Source of the DNA: a virus
Lineage: Duplodnaviria; Caudoviricetes
Strand: one strand, 5' to 3'
Length of the DNA stretch: 64,000 nt
IMG/VR virus record: IMGVR_UViG_3300044620_001883
Coordinates: 1-64,000 of that record
In this document: positions 1 to 8,558 of the stretch, one piece after another
How the letters are laid out: each line of letters begins with the position of its first letter
How positions within the stretch are numbered: the first letter of the stretch is position 1
Position numbers and translations under genes: made by a program
The notes under the pieces: generated by a model
Database searches by the model: none
Told to the model about the DNA's origin: nothing
What the model saw: only the letters and a program-made list of their open reading frames with translations

Positions 1-2
1 CT

Positions 3-1955
3 AACAACCTTTCCGACCTCGCCAGCGCTTCGACCGCCCGCAGTAATCTCGGCCTCGCCATCGGTTCCGATGTTCAGGCCTACAACGCCAAGCTAGCGGC
101 CTTCGCGGCGTTACCAAATGCCAGCGGCGTTCTTGCCAATGACGGAACGGGCGTGTTCAGTTACGTTGCGAGCAGTATCGGCGGAGTCACCGCCGACGCT
201 TACAAGCTCGCCGTGTTCGACGGACTCGGTGGACTGCGTGCGGCAGACGCCATCAATGTGTATGGTTCGCAGCATAGCGATGCGCTCATGGCTCGATTGT
301 TTAGTGATGCTACAAGCGGCGGGTTGCAACTCACTCGCGGTGGGGGCGCTTATTCGGTAACGTTTCGACCCGGCACGTTGACAGCAAATCGCACGCTCAC
401 TGCGCCAAACGCCAGCGGCACGATTGCCCTCACGACCTCCGACATTACCGGCACCGCTGCGGGACTCAGCAGCACGCTTGCCGTCGCCAGTGGCGGCACA
501 GGCAGCACGACGACCAGCGATGCCCGCACAGCGCTCGGCCTTGCCATAGGGGCCGACGTGCAAGGCTACTCATCAACGCTCGCCGCTGTCGTCGCAGGCA
601 CTTGGCCGGGAGCAAGCAGCATCACCACACTCGGCACCATTGCCACGGGAGCATGGCAGGGCAGTATCATTGCGCCTGCTTACCTGGGCAGCGGCACGGC
701 TATCACGACCAAGTTTTTGCGCGGCGATGGAACATGGCAAAGTATCCCAGGTGGCGGCGATGCGCTCGTGGCTAGTTCCCTCGACCAGTTCGCGGATGTC
801 ACACAAACAGCGGGTCAGACGTTGGCGATCACATCAAGCACGACGCTTGCAGGCGGTAGCCATTCCGGCACCAATACAGGCGACAACGCAATTAATGCGC
901 TTTATTCCGGCCTTGTCTCCAACGCCACTCACACCGGAGATGCGACGGGAGACACGGCGCTCACTCTGGCGACGGTTAACGCGAATGTCGGCAGCTTCGG
1001 CAGCGCCACGAAAAGCAGTGCCGTCACGGTCAACGCTAAAGGGTTAGTAACTGCCGCGTCTGAGCAAACAGTGACTCCAGCCATCGGCAGCATCACCGGC
1101 CTTGGCACCGGCATCGCCACCGCCCTTGCCCTGAACACGGAAAGCGTAGGAGCGCCAGTTTTGTTTAATGGGGCAGGCGGCACACCTTCGAGCCTCACGC
1201 TAACAAATGCCACCGGACTCTCGCTAACGACCGGCGTTACCAGTGTGCTGCCGCTATCCAGCGGTGGCACCGGGCAATCGACGCAAACAAACGCATTCGA
1301 CTCGCTCGCGCCGACGACCACGAAGGGTGATTTGATCGTTCACAACGGAACCGACAACATCCGCGTTGCAGTCGGCGGCACCAATGGTCATGTGCTCACG
1401 GTGGACAGCGCCGAGGCTAGCGGCGTGAAATGGGCATCCGGCGCGGCTGGTTGGGTCTTGATTTCAAGTTCCACCATCAGCGGATCGCCAGCCACGGTCG
1501 ATGTTTCTCTCTCGGGATCATACCGAAAATACATGGTCGAGTTCGAGAATGTGTATAGCACAGGCGCGAACTACAATTTGTTTATGCGCACCAGCGCGAA
1601 CGGCGGCAGCTCGTTCGATAGCGGCGCGTCGAATTACCAATGGGGCCGTGGAGCGCTCGGCACCTACGGCCCGGTTCTTTCCAGTGGCACGGCGGTCGAT
1701 CTGTTGCCGCTTCCTGGCATCGGTTCCACGAAGGGGATTGTGGGAACGCTCACTTTTTTTGATCCGCTGAATACAGGACTCAAGCCACGTTTTCACTGGG
1801 AACTGTCTCGCATCGTTTACAACACCTCCGCCGTCGATCTCTTCATCGGCACCGGCTATCGCGATTCAGCGGCCGCTGTGAATGCTCTCCGGTTTTACTT
1901 TGACGCGGGGAACTTTGGCGGCGGCAAAATCCGCGTCTTCGGATGGAGCGAATAA
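3..1955 (+). CDS. Tail fibre-like protein, 5' truncated by window edge
   Basis: Frame stays open upstream of the listed 153 start to nt 3 (NNLSDLASASTARSNLGLAIGSDVQAY, a typical fibre repeat). G/T/A/S-rich with repeated xxGGTG modules and a globular C-terminal tip-like domain. Confidence 0.8.
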   Translation, partial: NNLSDLASASTARSNLGLAIGSDVQAYNAKLAAFAALPNASGVLANDGTGVFSYVASSIGGVTADAYKLAVFDGLGGLRAADAINVYGSQHSDALMARLFSDATSGGLQLTRGGGAYSVTFRPGTLTANRTLTAPNASGTIALTTSDITGTAAGLSSTLAVASGGTGSTTTSDARTALGLAIGADVQGYSSTLAAVVAGTWPGASSITTLGTIATGAWQGSIIAPAYLGSGTAITTKFLRGDGTWQSIPGGGDALVASSLDQFADVTQTAGQTLAITSSTTLAGGSHSGTNTGDNAINALYSGLVSNATHTGDATGDTALTLATVNANVGSFGSATKSSAVTVNAKGLVTAASEQTVTPAIGSITGLGTGIATALALNTESVGAPVLFNGAGGTPSSLTLTNATGLSLTTGVTSVLPLSSGGTGQSTQTNAFDSLAPTTTKGDLIVHNGTDNIRVAVGGTNGHVLTVDSAEASGVKWASGAAGWVLISSSTISGSPATVDVSLSGSYRKYMVEFENVYSTGANYNLFMRTSANGGSSFDSGASNYQWGRGALGTYGPVLSSGTAVDLLPLPGIGSTKGIVGTLTFFDPLNTGLKPRFHWELSRIVYNTSAVDLFIGTGYRDSAAAVNALRFYFDAGNFGGGKIRVFGWSE

Positions 1956-1957
1956 CT

Positions 1958-2347
1958 ATGAAAACTCTCCCACAAATCCGCGAAGAACTGGAGGCTGATC
2001 AAGTCAACACCACGCTCACCAAGCTCGTCAACGGCGAGTCCATCACATGCACAGCCGATGAACGGGCAGCGATCATTGATGAACGGGCGCAAACGCTTTT
2101 CGACCGTCAGCAGCTTCAACTCACGGTCTCCTTTCGCGCCCTGGCCTTCGTGTTGCTGGAAGCCGGACTCTATGAGCAGGTCAAAACTGCCGCCATGGCC
2201 ACGCCCGCCGGAGAGATATGGTGGAACACCGCGCAAAGCAACACCGTGAGCCGCCAGCATCCATTCGTCGCAGCACTCGGCGCGGCCATCGGCCAAACAT
2301 CCGAACAACTCGACACCATCTTTGCTGCCGCAGCACTTCAAGCCTAA
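1958..2347 (+). CDS. Putative fibre assembly/chaperone-like protein (paralog 1)
   Basis: Follows the fibre gene; C-terminal FRALAF..AGLYEQVK..EIWW..TVSR.HPFV motif shared with 2551-3039. Start moved to ATG 1958. Confidence 0.55.
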   Translation: MKTLPQIREELEADQVNTTLTKLVNGESITCTADERAAIIDERAQTLFDRQQLQLTVSFRALAFVLLEAGLYEQVKTAAMATPAGEIWWNTAQSNTVSRQHPFVAALGAAIGQTSEQLDTIFAAAALQA

Positions 2348-2353
2348 CCCATT

Positions 2354-2554
2354 ATGAGTCACGACGAATCTGCCGCACTGGACAGCATGCGCCAAACAAT
2401 TCGCTGGTTGATCGGCGGCATTGCTAGCCTTATCGGTGGCGCGGCCTTCCGTACAAACACGACTTACTACCGGTATTACCGTATTAAGAAGACAGCAGGC
2501 GCTGTCAACGGAGCGCCATGGGCGTACCAATTTGAGTTCAAAATATCCGCATGA
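2354..2554 (+). CDS. Small, apparently chimeric ORF (hydrophobic N-part plus fibre-tip-like C-part)
   Basis: WLIGGIASLIGGAA switches abruptly at ~2447 to FRTNTTYYRYYRIKK...YQFEFKISA. Confidence 0.4.
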   Translation: MSHDESAALDSMRQTIRWLIGGIASLIGGAAFRTNTTYYRYYRIKKTAGAVNGAPWAYQFEFKISA

Positions 2555-3039
2555 AGAAGATCTACAATACCATCACGCAGACATTCCTGCCGACTTACCC
2601 GCGCGACGATGATGAGCCGATTGTTGGGCTTGATCCAACGCTGGAAGTCTACGAAGTCGTAGAAGAACCACCACCCGAAATCGCCGAGAATCAGTACCTC
2701 GAGCGTGTGGAGGAGCTCGACCATGTAAACAAAACATTAACGATGGGGTGGCGGACACACGAGACGCCTGTCGTTGCACCTGTCGTTATCACGCCTGTTG
2801 TTGTGCCTATCACTGTACCGTTTAGGTCGCTGGCTTTTGCACTCCGCGACGCTGGCCTTTATCAGCAAGTCAAAGCTGCAGCTTTGAGTTCAGAAGACGG
2901 CGAAATCTGGTGGTACACAGCACAAAGCTCCACGGTCAGCCGTGACCATCCTTTTGTGGAACAACTTCGTATCGCCCTCGACAAAACCACAGAGGAGATT
3001 GATGCTGTTTTTAACACCGCCGCTGCATTTATACCGTAA
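2551..3039 (+). CDS. Putative fibre assembly/chaperone-like protein (paralog 2)
   Basis: C-terminal ~70 aa align with 1958-2347 (FRSLAF..AGLYQQVK..EIWW..TVSRDHPFV). Confidence 0.55.
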   Translation: MKKIYNTITQTFLPTYPRDDDEPIVGLDPTLEVYEVVEEPPPEIAENQYLERVEELDHVNKTLTMGWRTHETPVVAPVVITPVVVPITVPFRSLAFALRDAGLYQQVKAAALSSEDGEIWWYTAQSSTVSRDHPFVEQLRIALDKTTEEIDAVFNTAAAFIP

Positions 3040-3091
3040 AACATTCACATCTCACTTGAAAAATCCATTCCCCACCGTGGGCTGTACGACC

Positions 3092-4912
3092 ATGAAGACA
3101 TTACTGCATACCATCCTGCTGCTCGCAATCTGGTGCGCCGCCGTACAAGCACAAACTCCGGCGACTAGCCCCCATCAACCCAGGAATACCAATCTGACCA
3201 ACATTGCAGCGCTGACGACCACAGCGTTTGGTCGCTCCGTGCTGGAAGCGGCCAACGCCGCGGCACTTCAAACCCTGGCGGACCTGCCCGCTTGGGTCGG
3301 CACTACCAATGTGACGACACTGGGAACCATCACGACCGGTGTCTGGAACGGGACCGCTATCCCGGTTTTGTATGGTGGCACCGGGGCCACGACTCAGGCG
3401 GCTGCCAGGACCAACCTCGGGCTGGTGATCGGCACCAATGTACAGCAGTGGAACACCAAGCTGGATGCTCTGGCTGGTGTGGCGAACAGTGCTGGGGTGT
3501 ACACCAACAACGGCAGCGGGACCATGAGTATCACGGCGGCTAGCGCCACGCCTGTGGTTGGTGCTCTAGTGAAGTATGACGCCAACGGCTACATTCGCGG
3601 ACAGGGAGAGTTGAGCACGGGCGTTGCGGGCGTGAGTGATGTTGTGGCGCTGTCTGGCGGTGAAATCACCATTTCACGCAATGGCTTCTCGGCGTACTCG
3701 GCGCTTTATGTGCCGGGTCGCAACACCTCACGGCGTCAGTACAACTTTCCCGACATCGACGCAACCAGTGTTGACCTCGTATCGCAGCAGGACACCGGCA
3801 CCGTCTCTGCGGCTATGCTCGCCAGCACCGCTGTGACGCCAGGCAGCTACACCTCTTCCAATATCACGGTCGATGCAGACGGAAGAATCACCGCCGCCAG
3901 CAATGGCAGCAGCGGCCTCACCATCGACAGCACCGCCATTAGCGGCGGAGCCTCGCAAGGCCTGCTTTACCACAAAAGCGACAACACTGTCGGTGAGGCA
4001 ACGGGAATCACACTTTCCGGCGGGGCGCTTTCAGGGCTTGCCCTCGCGGCTGGTACTCTGACAGCAAGCGCGCCCGTCACCATGACGCAAACCTGGAACA
4101 ACGCGGCCGTGGCCTTCACAGGGCTTGATGTCAACATCACCGAGACGGCAGCGGCGGGTCTGTCCACCTACATGCGGGTTCGCTCCTCAAGAAGCGCCGC
4201 GGATATATTCAAACTGCAATACTCTCAGTACGGCACATACACAGATTTGAGTTTGGGAGGTACTACGTCAGACGCTAGCGCCTTCACGTTGCGTAGTGGT
4301 TACGGGCATGCACAATTATATGCAGTTAGCCTTGGACTTTACAGCGACTCCCAGGTGGGGTTTGTGCTTGCCAGCTCCAACGGCACGGTATTCACATATC
4401 TCACGCCGTCAGCCGCTAAATTGTTCCAGCGAAACAGCACCACCGCACAGGCGTTTAACGTGTGCAACACGTACACCAGCACCGTGTCCTTTGAGTCCAT
4501 GTCGCTGGATTGGTCGTCCGACGTGGGACGGGTAGGAACCCTGAAAGGTGCGTCAGGTGGCAGCGCCCGTGAATGGGTGCTGCATTACGATGGCACCGAG
4601 AAGGCGCGGGTGTCCTCCTCCGGATTTACCATCGGGTCCTCCGGGACCGCTGTCTCATCCGTCTTGTCCGCCGTCGCGACCAAAGACTTCAACCTCACGG
4701 CTGTTATCGTCGAGGACCTGACCATGACAGTCACGGGAGCTGCTGTCGGCGACGTTGTGAGCCTGGGCGTTCCGCACGGGAGCGTCACCGCCACCGCACA
4801 GTTCACCGCCTGGGTCTCCGCCACCGACACCATCACGATCCGTTGCAGAACTGCCATTGCAGGCGAGAATCCAGCCAGCGGGTCCTTCCGGGCGACCGTC
4901 ACGAAACATTGA
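3092..4912 (+). CDS. Fibre-like protein with N-terminal signal-peptide-like sequence
   Basis: Likely start ATG 3092: MKTLLHTILLLAIWCAAVQA|Q. Shares modules with the first fibre (TTLGTITTGVWNG, YGGTGA..ARTNLGL.IG..VQ). Confidence 0.7.
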   Translation: MKTLLHTILLLAIWCAAVQAQTPATSPHQPRNTNLTNIAALTTTAFGRSVLEAANAAALQTLADLPAWVGTTNVTTLGTITTGVWNGTAIPVLYGGTGATTQAAARTNLGLVIGTNVQQWNTKLDALAGVANSAGVYTNNGSGTMSITAASATPVVGALVKYDANGYIRGQGELSTGVAGVSDVVALSGGEITISRNGFSAYSALYVPGRNTSRRQYNFPDIDATSVDLVSQQDTGTVSAAMLASTAVTPGSYTSSNITVDADGRITAASNGSSGLTIDSTAISGGASQGLLYHKSDNTVGEATGITLSGGALSGLALAAGTLTASAPVTMTQTWNNAAVAFTGLDVNITETAAAGLSTYMRVRSSRSAADIFKLQYSQYGTYTDLSLGGTTSDASAFTLRSGYGHAQLYAVSLGLYSDSQVGFVLASSNGTVFTYLTPSAAKLFQRNSTTAQAFNVCNTYTSTVSFESMSLDWSSDVGRVGTLKGASGGSAREWVLHYDGTEKARVSSSGFTIGSSGTAVSSVLSAVATKDFNLTAVIVEDLTMTVTGAAVGDVVSLGVPHGSVTATAQFTAWVSATDTITIRCRTAIAGENPASGSFRATVTKH

Positions 4913-4923
4913 ACACTTCCCTC

Positions 4924-5280
4924 ATGAAACACATCCTCCTTATCCTGCTCACCTGTACTGCAGCTATCTCTACCCTCCATGCCGTCGACCCGGTCGTGGT
5001 AGTTCGCAGTGCCACCAGTGTCACGGTAGACGGTATCGACTACGGCAAACCTGTCGACGCCATTGCGAACAACCCACAGCTCACCTCACCTATCCAACGC
5101 GCCCTTGAGGTTTGGGTAGCTGGTGTTGTGGCGGCCCAAGCAGAAGCTGAGGCGCAGCGAGCAGCCGAAGCTGCCAAGATTCGCGCGATCCTGAGCGCGC
5201 GCCTCACGGCCGAGCTCGCTACCGGAGACGGGCCCAAAGCTGCGCTCATTCGGGAGATCCAGGCCGCTCTCGAAGAGTAA
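4924..5280 (+). CDS. Small protein with signal-peptide-like N-terminus
   Basis: ATG 4924: MKHILLILLTCTAAISTLHA|V, followed by an Ala-rich helical C-terminus. Confidence 0.6.
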   Translation: MKHILLILLTCTAAISTLHAVDPVVVVRSATSVTVDGIDYGKPVDAIANNPQLTSPIQRALEVWVAGVVAAQAEAEAQRAAEAAKIRAILSARLTAELATGDGPKAALIREIQAALEE

Positions 5281-5302
5281 CAAACCACACACCCACACCC
5301 TA

Positions 5303-5713
5303 ATGAGCGTACGCCCTCTTTGGCTCGAATCGACCACATTACCCGCGGATGGTGCCCCATTGCGCCTCAAGACCGGTGCTACCGGGGAGGTGGAGGAGGG
5401 AGCTGCAGCCGCACCGTGGACCACCCTCAGTGTGGGGGACACTGGAGCCACCCTTGTGAACAACGCGCGGCATCTGGTGAATACCACAGGCGGTGCAATG
5501 AGCCTTTACTTACCAGGATCACCAAGCGCCGGTGCGAACGTCCGGTTGCTGGATGCCGTCAGGACGTGGGTCTCGAACAACTGCACTGTTTTAAGGAACG
5601 GCGCTCTCATTGAAGGTGCCACTGATGATCTCGTCCTCGATGTCAGCGGTGCCTGTGTGGAGCTTGTCTACAGCGGCGCTGCCTTTGGCTGGCGCGTCAT
5701 CCTCACCCCATAA
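5303..5713 (+). CDS. Phage fibre-associated domain protein
   Basis: NTTGGAMSLYLPGSPSAG.NV.LLDA...NN.TV.RNG..IEG..DDLVLDV.GA.VELVYSG..FGW, a module I recognise from myovirus fibre/baseplate proteins. Confidence 0.6.
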   Translation: MSVRPLWLESTTLPADGAPLRLKTGATGEVEEGAAAAPWTTLSVGDTGATLVNNARHLVNTTGGAMSLYLPGSPSAGANVRLLDAVRTWVSNNCTVLRNGALIEGATDDLVLDVSGACVELVYSGAAFGWRVILTP

Positions 5714-5719
5714 AACGGC

Positions 5720-6082
5720 ATGTTGCTCTCGGCTTCATTTCTCGACAACGCCAAGGTTCCCGGTATCGCGGGCCCCCCTGGACCTACGGGGCCCGACGGC
5801 ACAGCGGGCGAACCGGGTCTGCCTGGATCACCTGGACCTGCAGGAGCCGACTATGCTGGCCCGCCGGGCGAACCTGGCAGCCCAGGTGCGGCTGGGCCTG
5901 CGGGGAGCCTGGGACCACCAGGACCGGCTGGTCCACCGGGAAGCGACGGCGCAACAGGCCTCGATGGTGAAGTAGGTTTACCCGGAGGGTTGGGAGAAGA
6001 ACCAGGACCACCAGGACCTAGCGGGCCGGTGGGTCCTCCAGGACCACCAGGACCTGACGGTCCCCCAGGTCCGCCGGGCTAA
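5720..6082 (+). CDS. Collagen-like protein 1 (120 aa, 34 Gly-X-Y triplets)
   Basis: 14-aa leader, then Gly-X-Y triplets with two short interruptions; GPP-rich C-terminus. Confidence 0.9.
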   Translation: MLLSASFLDNAKVPGIAGPPGPTGPDGTAGEPGLPGSPGPAGADYAGPPGEPGSPGAAGPAGSLGPPGPAGPPGSDGATGLDGEVGLPGGLGEEPGPPGPSGPVGPPGPPGPDGPPGPPG

Positions 6083-6103
6083 CTGCGCAACCTTACCAAT
6101 CAC

Positions 6104-6460
6104 ATGATCTCACTTCGTTCCCTCGTTGTTCATACAACTGCTCCGCCAGGACCACCAGGCCCGTCGGGCGCGCCATCACTGTCAAACGGTACGCCTGGGC
6201 TGGATGGTGCCGAAGGTGCGCCTGGTATGCCTGTTCCTGGTCCTCCAGGTCCAGCAGGCGACATGGGAACTTCGGGCGATCCTGGAACCGAAGGCCCACC
6301 CGGACCGACAGGGACAGACGGCAACCCAGGTGCACCAGGAGCTGTCGGACTCACGGGTATCCCCGGACCTCCAGGTCCTCCAGGACCCGATGGACCTCCA
6401 GGACCCGATGGACCTCCAGGACCGGAGGGTCCCGCAGGTCCTCCAGGAACACCTCCCTAA
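6104..6460 (+). CDS. Collagen-like protein 2 (118 aa, 32 triplets)
   Basis: 15-aa leader, then Gly-X-Y triplets including an uninterrupted run of 24. Confidence 0.9.
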   Translation: MISLRSLVVHTTAPPGPPGPSGAPSLSNGTPGLDGAEGAPGMPVPGPPGPAGDMGTSGDPGTEGPPGPTGTDGNPGAPGAVGLTGIPGPPGPPGPDGPPGPDGPPGPEGPAGPPGTPP

Positions 6461-6486
6461 ATCCCACCCCGCACATCTTCTTCATC

Positions 6487-6837
6487 ATGACCCTATCCAC
6501 CTTACGACCTGTTTTTGTCGGCAATCCTGGCGAACCAGGCACAAGCGGAACTCCAGGAACTGCGGGTCCAGCAGGATCTCCGGGCAGTCCGGGAGCTGAT
6601 GCGCTGGTGCCGGGGCCTCAAGGCGGTCCCGGCGACTCTGGCCCACCGGGTCCTCCAGGCCCTGATGGTTTGCCGGGTCCTCCAGGACCTCCGGGTACCG
6701 ACAACGGGTACGCGGGGATGCCAGGATCTCCGGGGGCACCAGGACCGCCTGGAGTTGGTCCCCCTGGGATCGAAGGCCCTCCCGGAGCGGCTGGACCTCC
6801 AGGACCTCCAGGACCTCCAGGACCCCCTGGCGCGTAG
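6487..6837 (+). CDS. Collagen-like protein 3 (116 aa, 32 triplets)
   Basis: 11-aa leader, then Gly-X-Y triplets ending (GPP)4GA. Confidence 0.9.
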   Translation: MTLSTLRPVFVGNPGEPGTSGTPGTAGPAGSPGSPGADALVPGPQGGPGDSGPPGPPGPDGLPGPPGPPGTDNGYAGMPGSPGAPGPPGVGPPGIEGPPGAAGPPGPPGPPGPPGA

Positions 6838-6876
6838 GGTAATACCGTTTAAGCGACAGCCCACCATACAAAACTT

Positions 6877-7251
6877 GTGCTCACACCAACCAGCGAGATA
6901 CTCCCAGACCAAATAGGACCTGCGGGTCTTGCTGGTTCGCACGGTCCCAACGACGGGGCGTTCCTGTGTGAATGCATTCGCGGCGCCATGCCACAATTAC
7001 TGCGCGCCTGTGAATTTTACGTGGGCTACTCGCACCACCGCAACCTGACACCAGAACATCCTCTTGTGGTCGCCATAGCGGCGCTTGAAAAAGTCTACGA
7101 GCAGCACATCCATTCTGCAAACATGCTGCACGATCCTGAGTTGTTTCACATCCCGGACACATTGTTCCAGACCCCGACCCAGTACTGGGGCTACCCCGAA
7201 CCAATTGACACACAAGCTCCGACTGGTATGGATGATGCCCATAACCCCTAA
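6877..7251 (+). CDS. Hypothetical protein between the collagens and the dioxygenase
   Basis: Fills the operon gap; GTG start; no recognisable motif. Confidence 0.5.
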   Translation: MLTPTSEILPDQIGPAGLAGSHGPNDGAFLCECIRGAMPQLLRACEFYVGYSHHRNLTPEHPLVVAIAALEKVYEQHIHSANMLHDPELFHIPDTLFQTPTQYWGYPEPIDTQAPTGMDDAHNP

Positions 7252-7263
7252 TCCGACAAGCTC

Positions 7264-7845
7264 ATGAATGGCTGGTGGCGCGCATTTTACAATCAACTCA
7301 CTCCTGCCGAGTGTAATCAAGTAATCGAGTACGGGCTCACGCACACACCCGTGCAGGGCACCATCGGGCATGGCGGAGGTACGACTATCGTGCAGCCGGA
7401 TTTCAGGCAGTCTACCGTGCGGTGGTTCAAGCGGAGCGATCCGAAACTCCATTGGCTTTACCTGCGCATGGAGGACATGGCGTTGCAGGCGAACGCCATT
7501 TCGTTTGGGTTTGATATCGCAGGCTTCAGGGATGTGCAGTTCACCGAGTACGACGGTGCCAAGAAGGGCCATTACGACTGGCATGAGGACAATTGCTGGA
7601 AGGGTAGTACGCCGTATGACCGCAAGTTGTCCATGGTCATCCAGCTCTCAGATCCGACCACTTACAAAGGCGGACAGCTGGAGCTGCAGAATGACCCGTT
7701 CCACAACACCCCGGGCAACAAAGTTCTGGTGAATCAGGGGGATGTGATCGTGTTCCCGTCCCATAACCGCCACCGCGTCACTGACGTCACGGAGGGGATG
7801 AGGTACTCGCTCGTGACCTGGTTTATTGGTCCGCGTTTCAGGTGA
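7264..7845 (+). CDS. 2OG-Fe(II) dioxygenase (prolyl-hydroxylase/PKHD-like)
   Basis: QFTEY..GHYDWHED (HxD), RKLSMVIQLS, YKGGQL, GDVIVFPS..RHRV (distal His), RYSLVTW (2OG-binding Arg). Confidence 0.9.
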   Translation: MNGWWRAFYNQLTPAECNQVIEYGLTHTPVQGTIGHGGGTTIVQPDFRQSTVRWFKRSDPKLHWLYLRMEDMALQANAISFGFDIAGFRDVQFTEYDGAKKGHYDWHEDNCWKGSTPYDRKLSMVIQLSDPTTYKGGQLELQNDPFHNTPGNKVLVNQGDVIVFPSHNRHRVTDVTEGMRYSLVTWFIGPRFR

Positions 7846-7913
7846 CGATGGTTTGTCAGGGATGACCTGACCTTGGACATTTGTGCTATTGCTGAGCACG
7901 CGCATACGGGCGA

Positions 7914-8558
7914 TTGTTTGAATCTATGATCCCGCCTCCAATCCCTGGTATGTCCGTTGTCCCTGCGACACGCTGCGCCCAGCAGATGCCCCGTTTGCAA
8001 CCTGATGGTCTAGGCAGCATTCGTCTCTACACCGCCACGGTACCTGCTCAGGAATGTGCCGTGCACATCACGCGGGAGAGTCGGATCATTCTGTCAGACC
8101 CACGTGGCAGCCGAGTCTTTCAGGACGCAAACCAACAAGGCGCGCGGTATGCTTGGTTTGTCTTCCAACGTGGTGAGGCTTTGGAGCCCGGCATCTACCG
8201 GCTGAGCTGGCTGCGTAGTGACGGTGTTTTTGGGACGCGGGATTTCGAAGTGCCTGACAGCCCGTTCCACCCGGGGTCCTCATTCGACCTTGCATCGGGT
8301 GCTCGTGATGGTTTTTCGGTGGAGCTGATTTATCGGGGGCACACGATTCTTCCAGCCAATGAGACCTCAGTTCTGCTTGAAGCCCCCTTCGAGCTGAATC
8401 CTATTTACCACCGCCCCGCCTGGGCAATCCTGGCCACAGGTAACAAAGTTGTACCGGGTGTCTCGCTGGAGATCACCCACACGTATCCCAAAGCCTGGCG
8501 TGTGACCTGTTCGCCGGTATCAGACGTGGAACGTCGCATCGACTGGGTTGTCTACTGA
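7914..8558 (+). CDS. Hypothetical protein, beta-rich
   Basis: 214-aa ORF continuing the operon; no motif recognised. Confidence 0.55.
   Translation: MFESMIPPPIPGMSVVPATRCAQQMPRLQPDGLGSIRLYTATVPAQECAVHITRESRIILSDPRGSRVFQDANQQGARYAWFVFQRGEALEPGIYRLSWLRSDGVFGTRDFEVPDSPFHPGSSFDLASGARDGFSVELIYRGHTILPANETSVLLEAPFELNPIYHRPAWAILATGNKVVPGVSLEITHTYPKAWRVTCSPVSDVERRIDWVVY

Noticed and set aside
5610-6996. Alternative-frame and antisense ORFs over the collagen genes
   Set aside because: Shadow frames produced by the 9-nt periodic GC-rich repeat.
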